This document shows, piece by piece, positions 53,390 to 62,478 of a stretch of 64,000 nucleotides of DNA. Within the stretch, counting starts at the first letter, position 1; each line of letters starts with the position of its first letter. Source of the DNA: an uncultured delta proteobacterium (GTDB lineage: Bacteria > Desulfobacterota > Binatia > Binatales > Binataceae); contig CAVRVY010000002.1 in assembly GCA_963724765.1 (NCBI GenBank), forward strand, positions 384,001 through 448,000, read 5' to 3'. A program made the position numbers and the translations under genes. The notes under the pieces are model-generated. The model had not been told where the DNA came from, searched no databases, and worked only from the letters and a program-made list of their open reading frames with translations.

Positions 53390-53460
53390 CCGCTTGGCTT
53401 AGGCTGTACTTTCTGACCAGCGCGCGCCGCTGAGCGCGCCGGCGCGCGGCCGCAACCGGT

Positions 53461-54888
53461 ATGGACGAACGCAAATTCGCCGAGGCCCTGGAACGTGCGT
53501 CCGCGTGGGTCGTGCGCTACTTCGAGCGTACGCGCGAGTTCCCCGTGCTGTCGCAAGTGCACCCGGGCGAGGTCGCCGCCGCGATGGGGCCCGCGATGCC
53601 GGAGGAGGGCGAAGACTTCGACGCCCTGCTCGACGACTTCGAGCGCATCGTGGTCCCCGGCATCACGCACTGGAACCATCCGCGCTTTTTCGCCTACTTC
53701 TCGATCACCGGCTCGGAGCCGGCCGTGCTGGCCGAGTTGCTCGCCGCAGCGCTCAACGTCAACGGGATGCTGTGGCGGACCTCGCCGGCGGCGACCGAGG
53801 TCGAGGAGGTCGCGCTCAAGTGGCTGCGCGACGCGCTGGGCCTGCCGCCGAGCTTCTTCGGTGTGGTGTACGATACCGCCAGCGTCTCGGGGCTGCATGC
53901 GCTGGCGGCCGCGCGCGAGTCGCTCGGGCTTGACGTGCGCAATCTCGGCACTGCGGGTCGCGATCTTCCGCGCCTGCGCGTCTACTGCACTGACCAGACC
54001 CACTCGCACATAGAGAAGGATGCGATCCTGCTCGGCGTGGGCCGCGAAAACGTGGTCAAGATCGCAACCGACGGTGCGTTCAGGATGGACCCGGCAGCGC
54101 TCGACCGCGCGATCGCTGAGGATCTCGCGCGCGGCTTTTTGCCGATGGCCGTGGCGGCAACGGTGGGCACCACCTCGACCACCTCGGTCGATCCGGTCGC
54201 CGCGATCGCCGAGGTCTGTCGCGCGCATCGCATATGGCTGCACGTCGACGCCGCCTACGCCGGGCCCGCGGCGATCGTGCCGGAGTTGCGCTGGCTGCTC
54301 GACGGCGCCGCGGCGGCCGACTCGCTGGTGGTCAATCCGCACAAGTGGATGTTCGTGCCAGTCGATCTTTCGATCCTCTACACCCCGCATGAGCCGCTGC
54401 TGCGCCGCGCGTTCAGCCTGATCCCGGCCTACCTCGAGACGCCCGAGAGCGAAGTGCGCAATTACATGGACTACGGCGTGCAACTGGGCCGGCGCTTTCG
54501 CGGCCTGAAGCTGTGGTTCGTGCTGCGCGCATACGGGCGGCGCAGGATGGTCGAGATAATCCGCAGCCACGTCGCCTGGGCGCAGGAACTGGCACGATGG
54601 ATCGGTGAGGCCGGCGATTTCGAAACCCTGGCGCCGCATCCGCTGTCGGTGGTCTGCTTCCGGCACCTGCCCGCGGGGCTTGCGCAAAGCCCCGGCGCGC
54701 TTGACCAGCACAATCAGCGCGTGGTCGACGAGATCAACCGCGGCGGCTTCGCGTTTCTCTCAACCACGCGGCTTAACGAACGCGTCGCGATACGCTTCGC
54801 GATCGGTAACGCGCGCACCACGGTCGCCGACCTGCGCGAGACCTGGGATCTGTTGCTGACCACCGCCCGTCGTCTCGCCAACGCCTGA
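53461..54888 (+). CDS. PLP-dependent group II (aromatic L-amino acid-type) decarboxylase
   Basis: PGITHWNHPRFFAYF, TSPAATEVE, HVDAAY, NPHKW (PLP Lys), LGRRFRGLKLW. Confidence 0.92.
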   Translation: MDERKFAEALERASAWVVRYFERTREFPVLSQVHPGEVAAAMGPAMPEEGEDFDALLDDFERIVVPGITHWNHPRFFAYFSITGSEPAVLAELLAAALNVNGMLWRTSPAATEVEEVALKWLRDALGLPPSFFGVVYDTASVSGLHALAAARESLGLDVRNLGTAGRDLPRLRVYCTDQTHSHIEKDAILLGVGRENVVKIATDGAFRMDPAALDRAIAEDLARGFLPMAVAATVGTTSTTSVDPVAAIAEVCRAHRIWLHVDAAYAGPAAIVPELRWLLDGAAAADSLVVNPHKWMFVPVDLSILYTPHEPLLRRAFSLIPAYLETPESEVRNYMDYGVQLGRRFRGLKLWFVLRAYGRRRMVEIIRSHVAWAQELARWIGEAGDFETLAPHPLSVVCFRHLPAGLAQSPGALDQHNQRVVDEINRGGFAFLSTTRLNERVAIRFAIGNARTTVADLRETWDLLLTTARRLANA

Positions 54889-55436
54889 TCGCGCGGCCCT
54901 TGCGACCCGCGAGCGTGGCGAACCGGGCGGGGCTCGGCCGACGCCACGCTGCTGGAGCGGATGCTCTCGGCGGCGGCCCTCTGCGACGGATCAATTGGCA
55001 GAGCTGGGGAGTGCCCAGCGCCGCTGCCGTTCGGCAACGCATCGCAGCCGCTGGCGCAACTCGTGGTTGCGATTCAGCGCTGGTTTGCGCCTGAAGCCGC
55101 GTGGCGTGACAATCAACAGTCAGGCGCGACGCTAGGCTGCATGACACGCGAGATAAAAACTTGCAAATCGAATAAGAATAAGATTGACAAATTAGAATCA
55201 AACCAGCGAAATAGAGGATCAAGAAAACTCGGCGGAATTCGCATGCGGTAGCTGCCTGGGATCGAACATCGCTTTTCTGATCCTTGAAGGAGACTGCTTC
55301 GGACGGTCTTTGTCTAGCAGATTGCGTCTATGAGGGGTTTAACTATTGTAAGAGGCGGAGACTTCTGATAAATGTCTCTGCGTTACGCTTTGATGCGGGC
55401 AGGGCAGCAAATTACTAGGTTAAAGGAAGGCGCACG

Positions 55437-56384
55437 ATGAAGAGTAAGTGGACAACCCTTATAGCGGCATTTTTTGGTCTTTCGGTCGGGCTTGTCTTAA
55501 TGGGCTCGCAGGTCGCTTGGGCCAAGGTCGCTCGTCCGTTTGTGGGGGCAGTAGATCCCACGAATGTCTCCGGCTGCACGACGCTCAGCGGGAATGGCAC
55601 CATCTATCTGTTGACGCAGAACATCACTACTACTGGTACCGGCAACTGCATCGTTGTCAGCGGCCATGACGACACCCTGGATCTCCAGGGTTTCAATATC
55701 ACGGGACCTGGCGACTCCTCGAACGGAGATGGAATTAGGATTACGGGTAGCGAAAACGTGATTGAAGGTTTTAATGGCACCATCTCCGGGTTTGCGGTGG
55801 GCGTGTACGATGTCGGAGCGAACACCGCCGGCGATGGGATCAACGTCGAATCAAACACAGTCGGGCTGGAGATGGCCGGATCGGGCGAAGCAACGGAAAT
55901 TTGGACCAATTTTTCCGCGGACGGTAACAGCGAGCAGGGGGTCTACCTCAAAAGTTGTGGCGATGAGTGCAGCATTAGCGACTTCGACGCGTCGAATAAC
56001 GGCGCCGATGGCTTGCTCATAACGGGTTCGGAGGGACCGAGGATCAGTATCTTCACGGCGCTTGACAATGGCGGTGACGGCGTGCACGTAGGCTGCACGT
56101 CCGGTTGCGGCAGCAATTCCGAGGTCAAAGTCGGCGACGCGCCCATCGGGATTACGACTACGCCTGCGATTAGCGGAAACGCGGGTGACGGAGTTTTCCT
56201 GGATGCAAGCGAGTCGAGCAACCAGGACCAGGTCTACGTCATGAATTCGACTGGCAATGGCGGGATCGATCTACACGATGCGAGCAGCACGTGCGGCAAC
56301 AACCATTGGGTTCACAACAACTTCGGTACGTCCAAGGCCGGCTCTGTGACGAGTCCCAGCTGCATTCCGCTGAGCCCGTTCTGA
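55437..56384 (+). CDS. Secreted right-handed parallel beta-helix protein
   Basis: Signal peptide; TLDLQGFNITG, repeated N..DG(V/I/L).(I/L) units, paired Cys. Confidence 0.75.
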   Translation: MKSKWTTLIAAFFGLSVGLVLMGSQVAWAKVARPFVGAVDPTNVSGCTTLSGNGTIYLLTQNITTTGTGNCIVVSGHDDTLDLQGFNITGPGDSSNGDGIRITGSENVIEGFNGTISGFAVGVYDVGANTAGDGINVESNTVGLEMAGSGEATEIWTNFSADGNSEQGVYLKSCGDECSISDFDASNNGADGLLITGSEGPRISIFTALDNGGDGVHVGCTSGCGSNSEVKVGDAPIGITTTPAISGNAGDGVFLDASESSNQDQVYVMNSTGNGGIDLHDASSTCGNNHWVHNNFGTSKAGSVTSPSCIPLSPF

Positions 56385-56589
56385 TCGGCATGCGGAAACT
56401 CCTGGTTAGAGTCTTGATCGTTTGGGCGATTGCTCCGCGGGTCTTGCGACCCGCGGAGCGTCGGCTGTTTGATTCTTCCGACGACCCGCGTCGTTGAAAT
56501 ACCGATAGGCTTCCTGCCGGTGCTGGCGTCGCAACGGAAGCCGCACCACCGTCCTCAGAAATGTATTTTCCGGTATCGCTGTATAGCTG

Positions 56590-57579
56590 CTAAAGCGCAG
56601 TGCGGCGAACGTTCAAGTCGCGCAGGATCGCCTCTCTCACATCGGGAAGCGCGGAAAATTCGTTGGGTACGATGAGGCGTTTGACCGGGACGCGCCCGGC
56701 GACGAAGGACAGAAAATGGAACTGACGCTTCAGCATCGCGCGGTCGTTAATGTCGAGCCGGTAGGCCGCTTTGACCAGCCCCATAAGCGCATCCCCGAAA
56801 GCGAGTTCCCGGATCACGATCCGATCTAAGCGTTTGCTCGAGCGCGAGCGCTTGAGCAAATAGACGCGCGCGAGGCGGCGCCTTGTCGAGCAGAAGTCGG
56901 CGCGTCGAGAGCGGTCTTGCCAGCGCGATTTCGTCGTATAGCCGGCGACTGGCTTCAGATTTCGTGAACTTGCGCCAAGTCCCCGCATCGAATCGTCCCA
57001 CAACCGCAAGCCCGGATAGCCGGGGAGCGCCATGATGGCAGGGCCCTTGGCCAGCGCCAGGCAATCATCGCAGACCAGCGGATACCCCGATAACACGAAG
57101 CTCGCGGCGAGCGTCGATTTACCCGAGCCTGCAGGACCTGTGAACGCGCAAACGCCCTTGGGCGTCGCGATGGCGGTAGCATGGAGCGCCTCACGTCCAC
57201 GCAGGTTTACTACCAGCGGAAGCACCTGGTCGATCAGGAGATGTCTGATGGTTTCGAGGCTGTGGTCGCGGTTGGCGTTGCAGCAGACTATCTGGCTCCC
57301 GGAGCGGTCAACGATAAAATCGGCAATATCAGGAAACGACAGTACATAGTCCTCCGCGGTGGTACCGTAGCGAAGCCACATCTTGCCGCCTGGCGGCCGC
57401 GAATGCAGGTACCATCGAGGATTGAGCCGCACGTGCCGAAATCGTCCGCCAAGAATCGCGCGAACGGTCGCCTTACGCGCCGGTGCCTGAAGAGCGGAAA
57501 ACTCCGCAAGCGGGAGGTCTGAAACTATTCGCAGCCCGTAGGCCTGCTGAGGAAAGTCCGGGATCTCGGTCTGCTCAGG
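56590..57579 (-). CDS. HPr kinase-like P-loop kinase (RiPP-associated); true start unresolved
   Basis: LHATAI, GPAGSGKST, LVCDD; the frame stays open 49 codons upstream of GTG 57432 and includes YGLRIVSDLPL. Confidence 0.82.
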   Translation of the reverse strand, partial: PEQTEIPDFPQQAYGLRIVSDLPLAEFSALQAPARKATVRAILGGRFRHVRLNPRWYLHSRPPGGKMWLRYGTTAEDYVLSFPDIADFIVDRSGSQIVCCNANRDHSLETIRHLLIDQVLPLVVNLRGREALHATAIATPKGVCAFTGPAGSGKSTLAASFVLSGYPLVCDDCLALAKGPAIMALPGYPGLRLWDDSMRGLGASSRNLKPVAGYTTKSRWQDRSRRADFCSTRRRLARVYLLKRSRSSKRLDRIVIRELAFGDALMGLVKAAYRLDINDRAMLKRQFHFLSFVAGRVPVKRLIVPNEFSALPDVREAILRDLNVRRTAL

Positions 57580-57641
57580 TCAGCGATGGTTCGCGCCGAC
57601 CGGAAAATGTCCTGTTGAAACCACCCGATTTATCCTGCGGA

Positions 57642-57685
57642 GAAAAAACACGGCCCGCTTCTTTCCCAAAGGTCCGAAGCGGCCA
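57642..57685 (-). terminator. Terminator-like hairpin after the precursor gene
   Basis: Minus strand: GGCCGCTTC...GAAGCGGGCC followed by GTGTTTTTTC. Confidence 0.65.
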
Positions 57686-57736
57686 TAATTTCATCAACGC
57701 AACCAGCTGGTCGAGAATTGGAAGTCAGATTCGGGA

Positions 57737-57892
57737 TCAGACCATGCGAGACCTGCCGTCAAAAGGGGGAATACTACCACCCGACGATGTGAGTTTTGCC
57801 ACGTCGCCATACTCTACAAGGCGAGGACGGGCATAAGCTTTCTTGATGGGCCGTATTTCTGGCTTTTTGAGCTCTTTCTTGGCTTTAGTCAT
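57737..57892 (-). CDS. Lasso peptide precursor, 51 aa (not in ORF track)
   Basis: MTKAKKELKKPEIRPIKKAYARPRLVEYGDVAKLTS|SGGSIPPFDGRSRMV: YxxPxL motif, G-x5-T with Thr at -2, core Ser1 and Asp9; AGGAG RBS 6 nt upstream. Confidence 0.88.
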   Translation of the reverse strand: MTKAKKELKKPEIRPIKKAYARPRLVEYGDVAKLTSSGGSIPPFDGRSRMV

Positions 57893-58062
57893 GCTTGCTC
57901 CTGTAGCTCCGTTTGCAGCTCCTACTGCATTAAGGCAATGCGCCTCTTTATATAGAAGTATTCCGCGTCTTGCAACCTGCGTAAAGCGCTCGTCAGTTAA
58001 TTTGTCCTTGTGTTACTTAGTCGTGAGATAACACGATATCAGAAGAGATAACTAGGGTCAAA

Positions 58063-59208
58063 TCAACCGCCGTCTGCGTCAGGGAGGATAATTTTGGCTA
58101 CGAATTCCGACGCTTTAGCCAACGAAGGGAAAAGATCCGGATGAATCCGGATCATTTCTCTTTCTATTTCCGACAGCGTGCGTGTTCCATTTGCCAAGTT
58201 GACCGCAGACCTTCGCGCCAAACCCCACTCCGACAACCGAGGCACAAAGTCCGGCCGTGTCTTAGCCAACTCCCGTGGCATCAGCACCGTACTCTTAAGC
58301 GTGGAATGTACAAACCGTGCCTTCTCCCTACTCTTGGTATCAAGAACCAGGACCTTCCAGCTAACGAGATTCTGGGTGGTGATAGCTGTGATCGTAATAT
58401 TCAGAAACTCTCCTTTCTTCAGCACGACAGGCTTCTCGATCGGAAAGAACACGGCAGACCGTTTGATCCGCTTCTTGCTGAAGGGCGAGTTGGTAATGAT
58501 GACGCCTGGCGTCAGCTCGGCAATGAACCAGCCGCTAAGACCGTGCATGATGCCGGCCGCTGAAACCCTGATCTCCGCTTTCGCCGTGAAATGTTCCGGT
58601 GTCAGGTCCGTGAGGTCGAAGGTGACGAGGTGGGCGGGTTCGCCCAGCATTCGGCGCGGGCGCTTCTCGCTCGGGTAAGCGAAGTTGAATGCAATGCTGC
58701 GTGCCGGCGACATCGTCAGCCCCGCATGTCTATGTTTCCAGAAGCCTGCGATGCGCCACATTTCGGGAAAATTCACTGGCGCGAGGAACAGCTCGAGGCG
58801 TCGAGGTATAGCACGGGCGCCCGGCTTGAGCAGACGCCGACGGACGTCGTTGAATATCTCGGGCATCCCGGCGCCGATTCCGAAATAGCCTAGCTGATCT
58901 GCGATCACGACGTCGGCCTTTTCGGGAAGCTTCACACGACCGGAGTTTTCGTGAATCCCAAAGGTACTTTGCCCGTAACCATTCGCGGCGGCTACGTCGC
59001 GGGCGATTTGGATCATCGGCGTCTGATCAACCTGGTATACTTTCGCGGCCCCCGCCTCCATCGCGAGCAGGCCAAGCACGCCTGTCCCACAGGCGAGGTC
59101 AAGCACGATGTCTCCAGGCTTGACCACCGCGTTAATCGCCCGTCGAAACGCTGACGTTCGGTACAGGTCGGAGAGATACAGGCGATGCTCGTCTAGCATC
59201 AGAGACAT
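58063..59208 (-). CDS. Protein arginine methyltransferase (PRMT)-like SAM-dependent methyltransferase
   Basis: EH..YLSD..RT..F..AI, VLDLACGTGVL, GAAKVY, LPEKADVVIADQLG, RRLLKPG...IP, HGLSGWF beta-barrel segment. Confidence 0.8.
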   Translation of the reverse strand: MSLMLDEHRLYLSDLYRTSAFRRAINAVVKPGDIVLDLACGTGVLGLLAMEAGAAKVYQVDQTPMIQIARDVAAANGYGQSTFGIHENSGRVKLPEKADVVIADQLGYFGIGAGMPEIFNDVRRRLLKPGARAIPRRLELFLAPVNFPEMWRIAGFWKHRHAGLTMSPARSIAFNFAYPSEKRPRRMLGEPAHLVTFDLTDLTPEHFTAKAEIRVSAAGIMHGLSGWFIAELTPGVIITNSPFSKKRIKRSAVFFPIEKPVVLKKGEFLNITITAITTQNLVSWKVLVLDTKSREKARFVHSTLKSTVLMPRELAKTRPDFVPRLSEWGLARRSAVNLANGTRTLSEIEREMIRIHPDLFPSLAKASEFVAKIILPDADGG

Positions 59209-59245
59209 TTTGCCGGTTCCATTCCAGTTAGCTCTAACTTACTCG

Positions 59246-61195
59246 TCAGAAAGCCGCTGCCCTGGTTTCGGTTACGTGCTTGAATGGATCGCTGATACCC
59301 AGACACACCACGCTGAACCAGAGTTCGATCGCAAAGACACTCCATAGTTCCAAGACATAATCCATGTAAGAGGGATCGCGCCGGGAAAATGATTCGGCCA
59401 TCGAGCGGTAAAACTCGCGCACAACGACGCCATCGACCCATCCGTTTTTCACGACGTTTAGGCGATCGAACAGGCGCTCCCCTCCAAGCGCATTCACTGC
59501 CATGGGGAATAACTCCGTAAGGTCGGCCTTGTCCGACCGCAGTCGTAGTCGCTCCGGCAGGATTCCCCGCATCGAATTGCGCAGCACGAACTTGCTGACG
59601 CCGGGCCTGAATCGTTGATCAGTAGGTATGGCGTAGGCGAACTCGAGTATCCGACGGTCCAGGAAAGGATTGCGTCCCTCCATTCGAAAGCCCGCAGTCC
59701 AGCGGGCGTCCATCTCCAGCGCATACGGAAGCCATCCGGATGAGTAGCATAGATACAACTTCTGCTGCGTGACGGTGCGGCAGTGGGGCACGGGCGGCCT
59801 CGTGGTCAGCCGCTCCAGAAGTCCCGTCCTGGCCGCGAACTCGGGTGTAATGAACGTGGGAAGCTCAGGCGGACGCAGCCATGGCCTGAGCGCGGTCTTG
59901 AGACCGTTCGGCATGAGCGGAAGGACTCCCCACCGCGCCAGGGCTTTAGCATAGCCGGGGAAGGGCGCGAACCCATTCAATGGCTGTCGATCGCTCCGCA
60001 TCATCCGCACCAGCGCCACGATGCGAAGCTGCCTCAGCAAGTCTGCGTAGGCAGCGTACGTTGCGCCGAACCATTCGTCGCCACCTAACCCGCTCAGCCT
60101 GACTCTAAGGTCGTTGCGATGGCCAAGGAGCGGCGTGTAATCGGCGCACACAGCATTGGGAGAATCCGGGAGGTCCAGGTAATGCGCTACTTGGGCGATG
60201 AGTTGGTCCAGCGGAGGCATTCCGGGAGCAAGATAGGTATGGCGATGAGGATACTTACTCAATACCTCTTCGACGTACTGAGTTTCGGCGGCAGGGCCGG
60301 ACTCGAAGCGAACCGAGAAGGTTTCAAAACTTGGGAGTTGCACTTTGCCGTCGTGGAGAAATTGTTCGGTAACACAGACTATGGACGAAGAATCAAGGCC
60401 GCCGCTCAGCTCCGAGGCAACTCCTTTGTTACTGCGAAGGTGGGATCGCATTACCTTCTTGAACAGCGAAAGAAAATGCTCGGAGTATTCGTCGTCGCTG
60501 CGATAGGTAATCTCCCGCGAGGCATCCAGATCGTGGTAGCGGCGGCATTCAACGCCGCGCGCGCTCACGCTGAGATGGTGCGCCGGCGCGAGGCGGCGGA
60601 TACCTTCGAAGAGCGTCTCCTCGCGGTCAACCGGAAGCCTCACTAGCATGTCGGCTATAGCCCGCTCGTTCGGCTTTCGTACGACCCTTGGATCCTGAAA
60701 CAGTTGATGAAGCTCCGAGGCGCACAGAAAGAATCCCGGACCATCGAAGTAGTAGAAGCCCTTTACTCCCAAAGGATCGCGGGCACAAAAAAGTGTCCGC
60801 TTCGATGGGTCCCACAATGCAAACGCGAAGTCGCCTATGATCCTTGTCGGGGCGTCCGCGGCCCAACACTGCCAGGCCCGCAGGACGATCTCGGCGTCCG
60901 TGCCCGTGCGAACGCGATGGCCCCGAGAATTAAGCTCGGCCAGGAGTTCGTCGCGGTTATCCACCCGCCCGTCCATCGATAGAACGAGTCCGCTGGTTTC
61001 GTCCACGAACGGGCTGGTCTCGGCAGCAGCTTCGGGCGTGGTCTGAAGCTTTGCATGCCCAAGAGCGATATTGCCGTTGCTCCATACGCCAGAGCCGTCA
61101 ATCGAGCAATACGGAATGGCAGCAATCATCCGCTCGACAGTCGAGCGGTCCGCTGGAGCCCCGTCCCACTGATATAGGGCCGCGACGCCACTCAT
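59246..61195 (-). CDS. Lasso cyclase (asparagine synthetase B homolog)
   Basis: N-terminal MSG (Ser in place of the catalytic Cys), GRVDNRDEL, ARDPLG, ELSGGLDSS, SGLGGDE, RNPFLDRR. Confidence 0.88.
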   Translation of the reverse strand: MSGVAALYQWDGAPADRSTVERMIAAIPYCSIDGSGVWSNGNIALGHAKLQTTPEAAAETSPFVDETSGLVLSMDGRVDNRDELLAELNSRGHRVRTGTDAEIVLRAWQCWAADAPTRIIGDFAFALWDPSKRTLFCARDPLGVKGFYYFDGPGFFLCASELHQLFQDPRVVRKPNERAIADMLVRLPVDREETLFEGIRRLAPAHHLSVSARGVECRRYHDLDASREITYRSDDEYSEHFLSLFKKVMRSHLRSNKGVASELSGGLDSSSIVCVTEQFLHDGKVQLPSFETFSVRFESGPAAETQYVEEVLSKYPHRHTYLAPGMPPLDQLIAQVAHYLDLPDSPNAVCADYTPLLGHRNDLRVRLSGLGGDEWFGATYAAYADLLRQLRIVALVRMMRSDRQPLNGFAPFPGYAKALARWGVLPLMPNGLKTALRPWLRPPELPTFITPEFAARTGLLERLTTRPPVPHCRTVTQQKLYLCYSSGWLPYALEMDARWTAGFRMEGRNPFLDRRILEFAYAIPTDQRFRPGVSKFVLRNSMRGILPERLRLRSDKADLTELFPMAVNALGGERLFDRLNVVKNGWVDGVVVREFYRSMAESFSRRDPSYMDYVLELWSVFAIELWFSVVCLGISDPFKHVTETRAAAF

Positions 61196-61241
61196 CAGAT
61201 CGAAGTGCCGAGGTGACGGCCCGGGGCCTTCGGTTTTGGTC

Positions 61242-61526
61242 TCACCGCAAGTCGCTTTTGGATTCAGCTATCAGTTGCACGAGTCTCTTTTCGACAAGTT
61301 GATCCAAGAGCTTGTCGAGGTCGTGCCGTAGTTCATCGGGCTCGACGTCGAAGTCCCGCTGGAGCGATTCCAAGGTCTTTTCCATGGAACCGTGTTCGAC
61401 GAGTTCACGCCATATCTGGCCACCCGAGCCGTCAAGGCCGAAGTAGAGACCCGTTTCGAGGTTCAGGATGACCACGTCGCCGCCGACATCCTGCCATACG
61501 ACGCCATCGCTGATTTCGACGCGCAT
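61242..61526 (-). CDS. PqqD family RiPP recognition element (lasso B1)
   Basis: VWQDVGGDVVILNLETGLYFGLDGSGGQIW..L, FDVEP.EL..DL..LL..L.EKRLV; AAGGA RBS. Confidence 0.92.
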   Translation of the reverse strand: MRVEISDGVVWQDVGGDVVILNLETGLYFGLDGSGGQIWRELVEHGSMEKTLESLQRDFDVEPDELRHDLDKLLDQLVEKRLVQLIAESKSDLR

Positions 61527-62215
61527 CGAGCTTTCCTTTCGAATGGCGCGGACCGTTGCCTCCCGCCCAGACACCAGCAAAGCAATGTAGAACTTCTCTT
61601 TCCCTGCGGTCGCTGAAGCAATTTTCGCCGTGCAGGCTATCATTTCTCCTGCGAATCCGCGATGGGCGGTTCCTCACCGTGAACCCGAAGAGCCGCGAGC
61701 TGGGCTGCGTGCGGCACCTCGCTCACCTGCGCCCGGCCGTCCCTGAATCTTTGATTTTCTCGCCCTTCGGATCGAGCCGTAAGTGTGCCGCGACCAAGCT
61801 GTCCGCGCAAAAATTCACTGGTTATCTTTTTTTGACGATAGTTGGGAAACTGCTCCCAGCTTTGGCGCTAATATTAGCTGATTTCGTGAGCCATATTATT
61901 GAAAAATAGCGAAAATTGAGCCTCAAAACCGATAAAAAGAGCGATAAGGTTCATTTGCGAAGCTTGCTCCATACTTGCCAAATACTATCAATAAGCCATT
62001 AAAGCTCGCATATTCGACATATTCGAGCGTCGTTCAGATGAGGAACAGGCCCGCGCGCGAAGCTCTACCATAGTTGGGTAAATGTAGCTAAGCTCGGCCT
62101 GTGTGAAGAGCGTGATTGCCGAGACAAAGAATGATGCGAATTGCCTCGATACTTCGCGATACCGCTGCCGAAGAGGGCATCGCATGAATGAGTCTATAGA
62201 TGGCGGTATGATCGT

Positions 62216-62231
62216 TCAAACAGGTGTTTGA
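62216..62231. promoter_or_regulatory. Perfect inverted repeat TCAAACA-GG-TGTTTGA, candidate operator
   Basis: Read directly; lies in the divergent intergenic region between the RiPP operon and the Crp/Fnr gene. Confidence 0.4.
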
Positions 62232-62478
62232 CAACAGCCTAGTTCGCTACGGCGATCCTCGACGAGCCTGCGTCATAGCCCACCGGGCGCAATAGCTGGA
62301 CGCTGATGGATGCTCTTGTATTTGCCACGATTGGCACGATTGGAATGACGCGGAACCGGGAGGACTCTGGTTGCGTTCCGCGCGGATCCGGTAGGCCGCC
62401 GACCAACAGCCGTGGTGAGTACGGACCATTTCCCGGTGGAGAGCCGCGGCGCGCTCTTCGCCTGTCGAGGACTGTTTT

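Noticed and set aside
55183-55201. TTGAC...ATCAA resembling an FNR box
   Set aside because: Spacer is 8 nt rather than 4
59246-61195. Housekeeping asparagine synthetase AsnB
   Set aside because: The catalytic N-terminal Cys is Ser, and the context (RRE, precursor) indicates a lasso cyclase
61242-61526. PQQ biosynthesis gene pqqD
   Set aside because: No pqqA/B/C/E nearby; better explained as a lasso RRE
62326-62345. TGGCACG within a CACGATTGG tandem repeat, possible sigma54 site
   Set aside because: No GC at the -12 position
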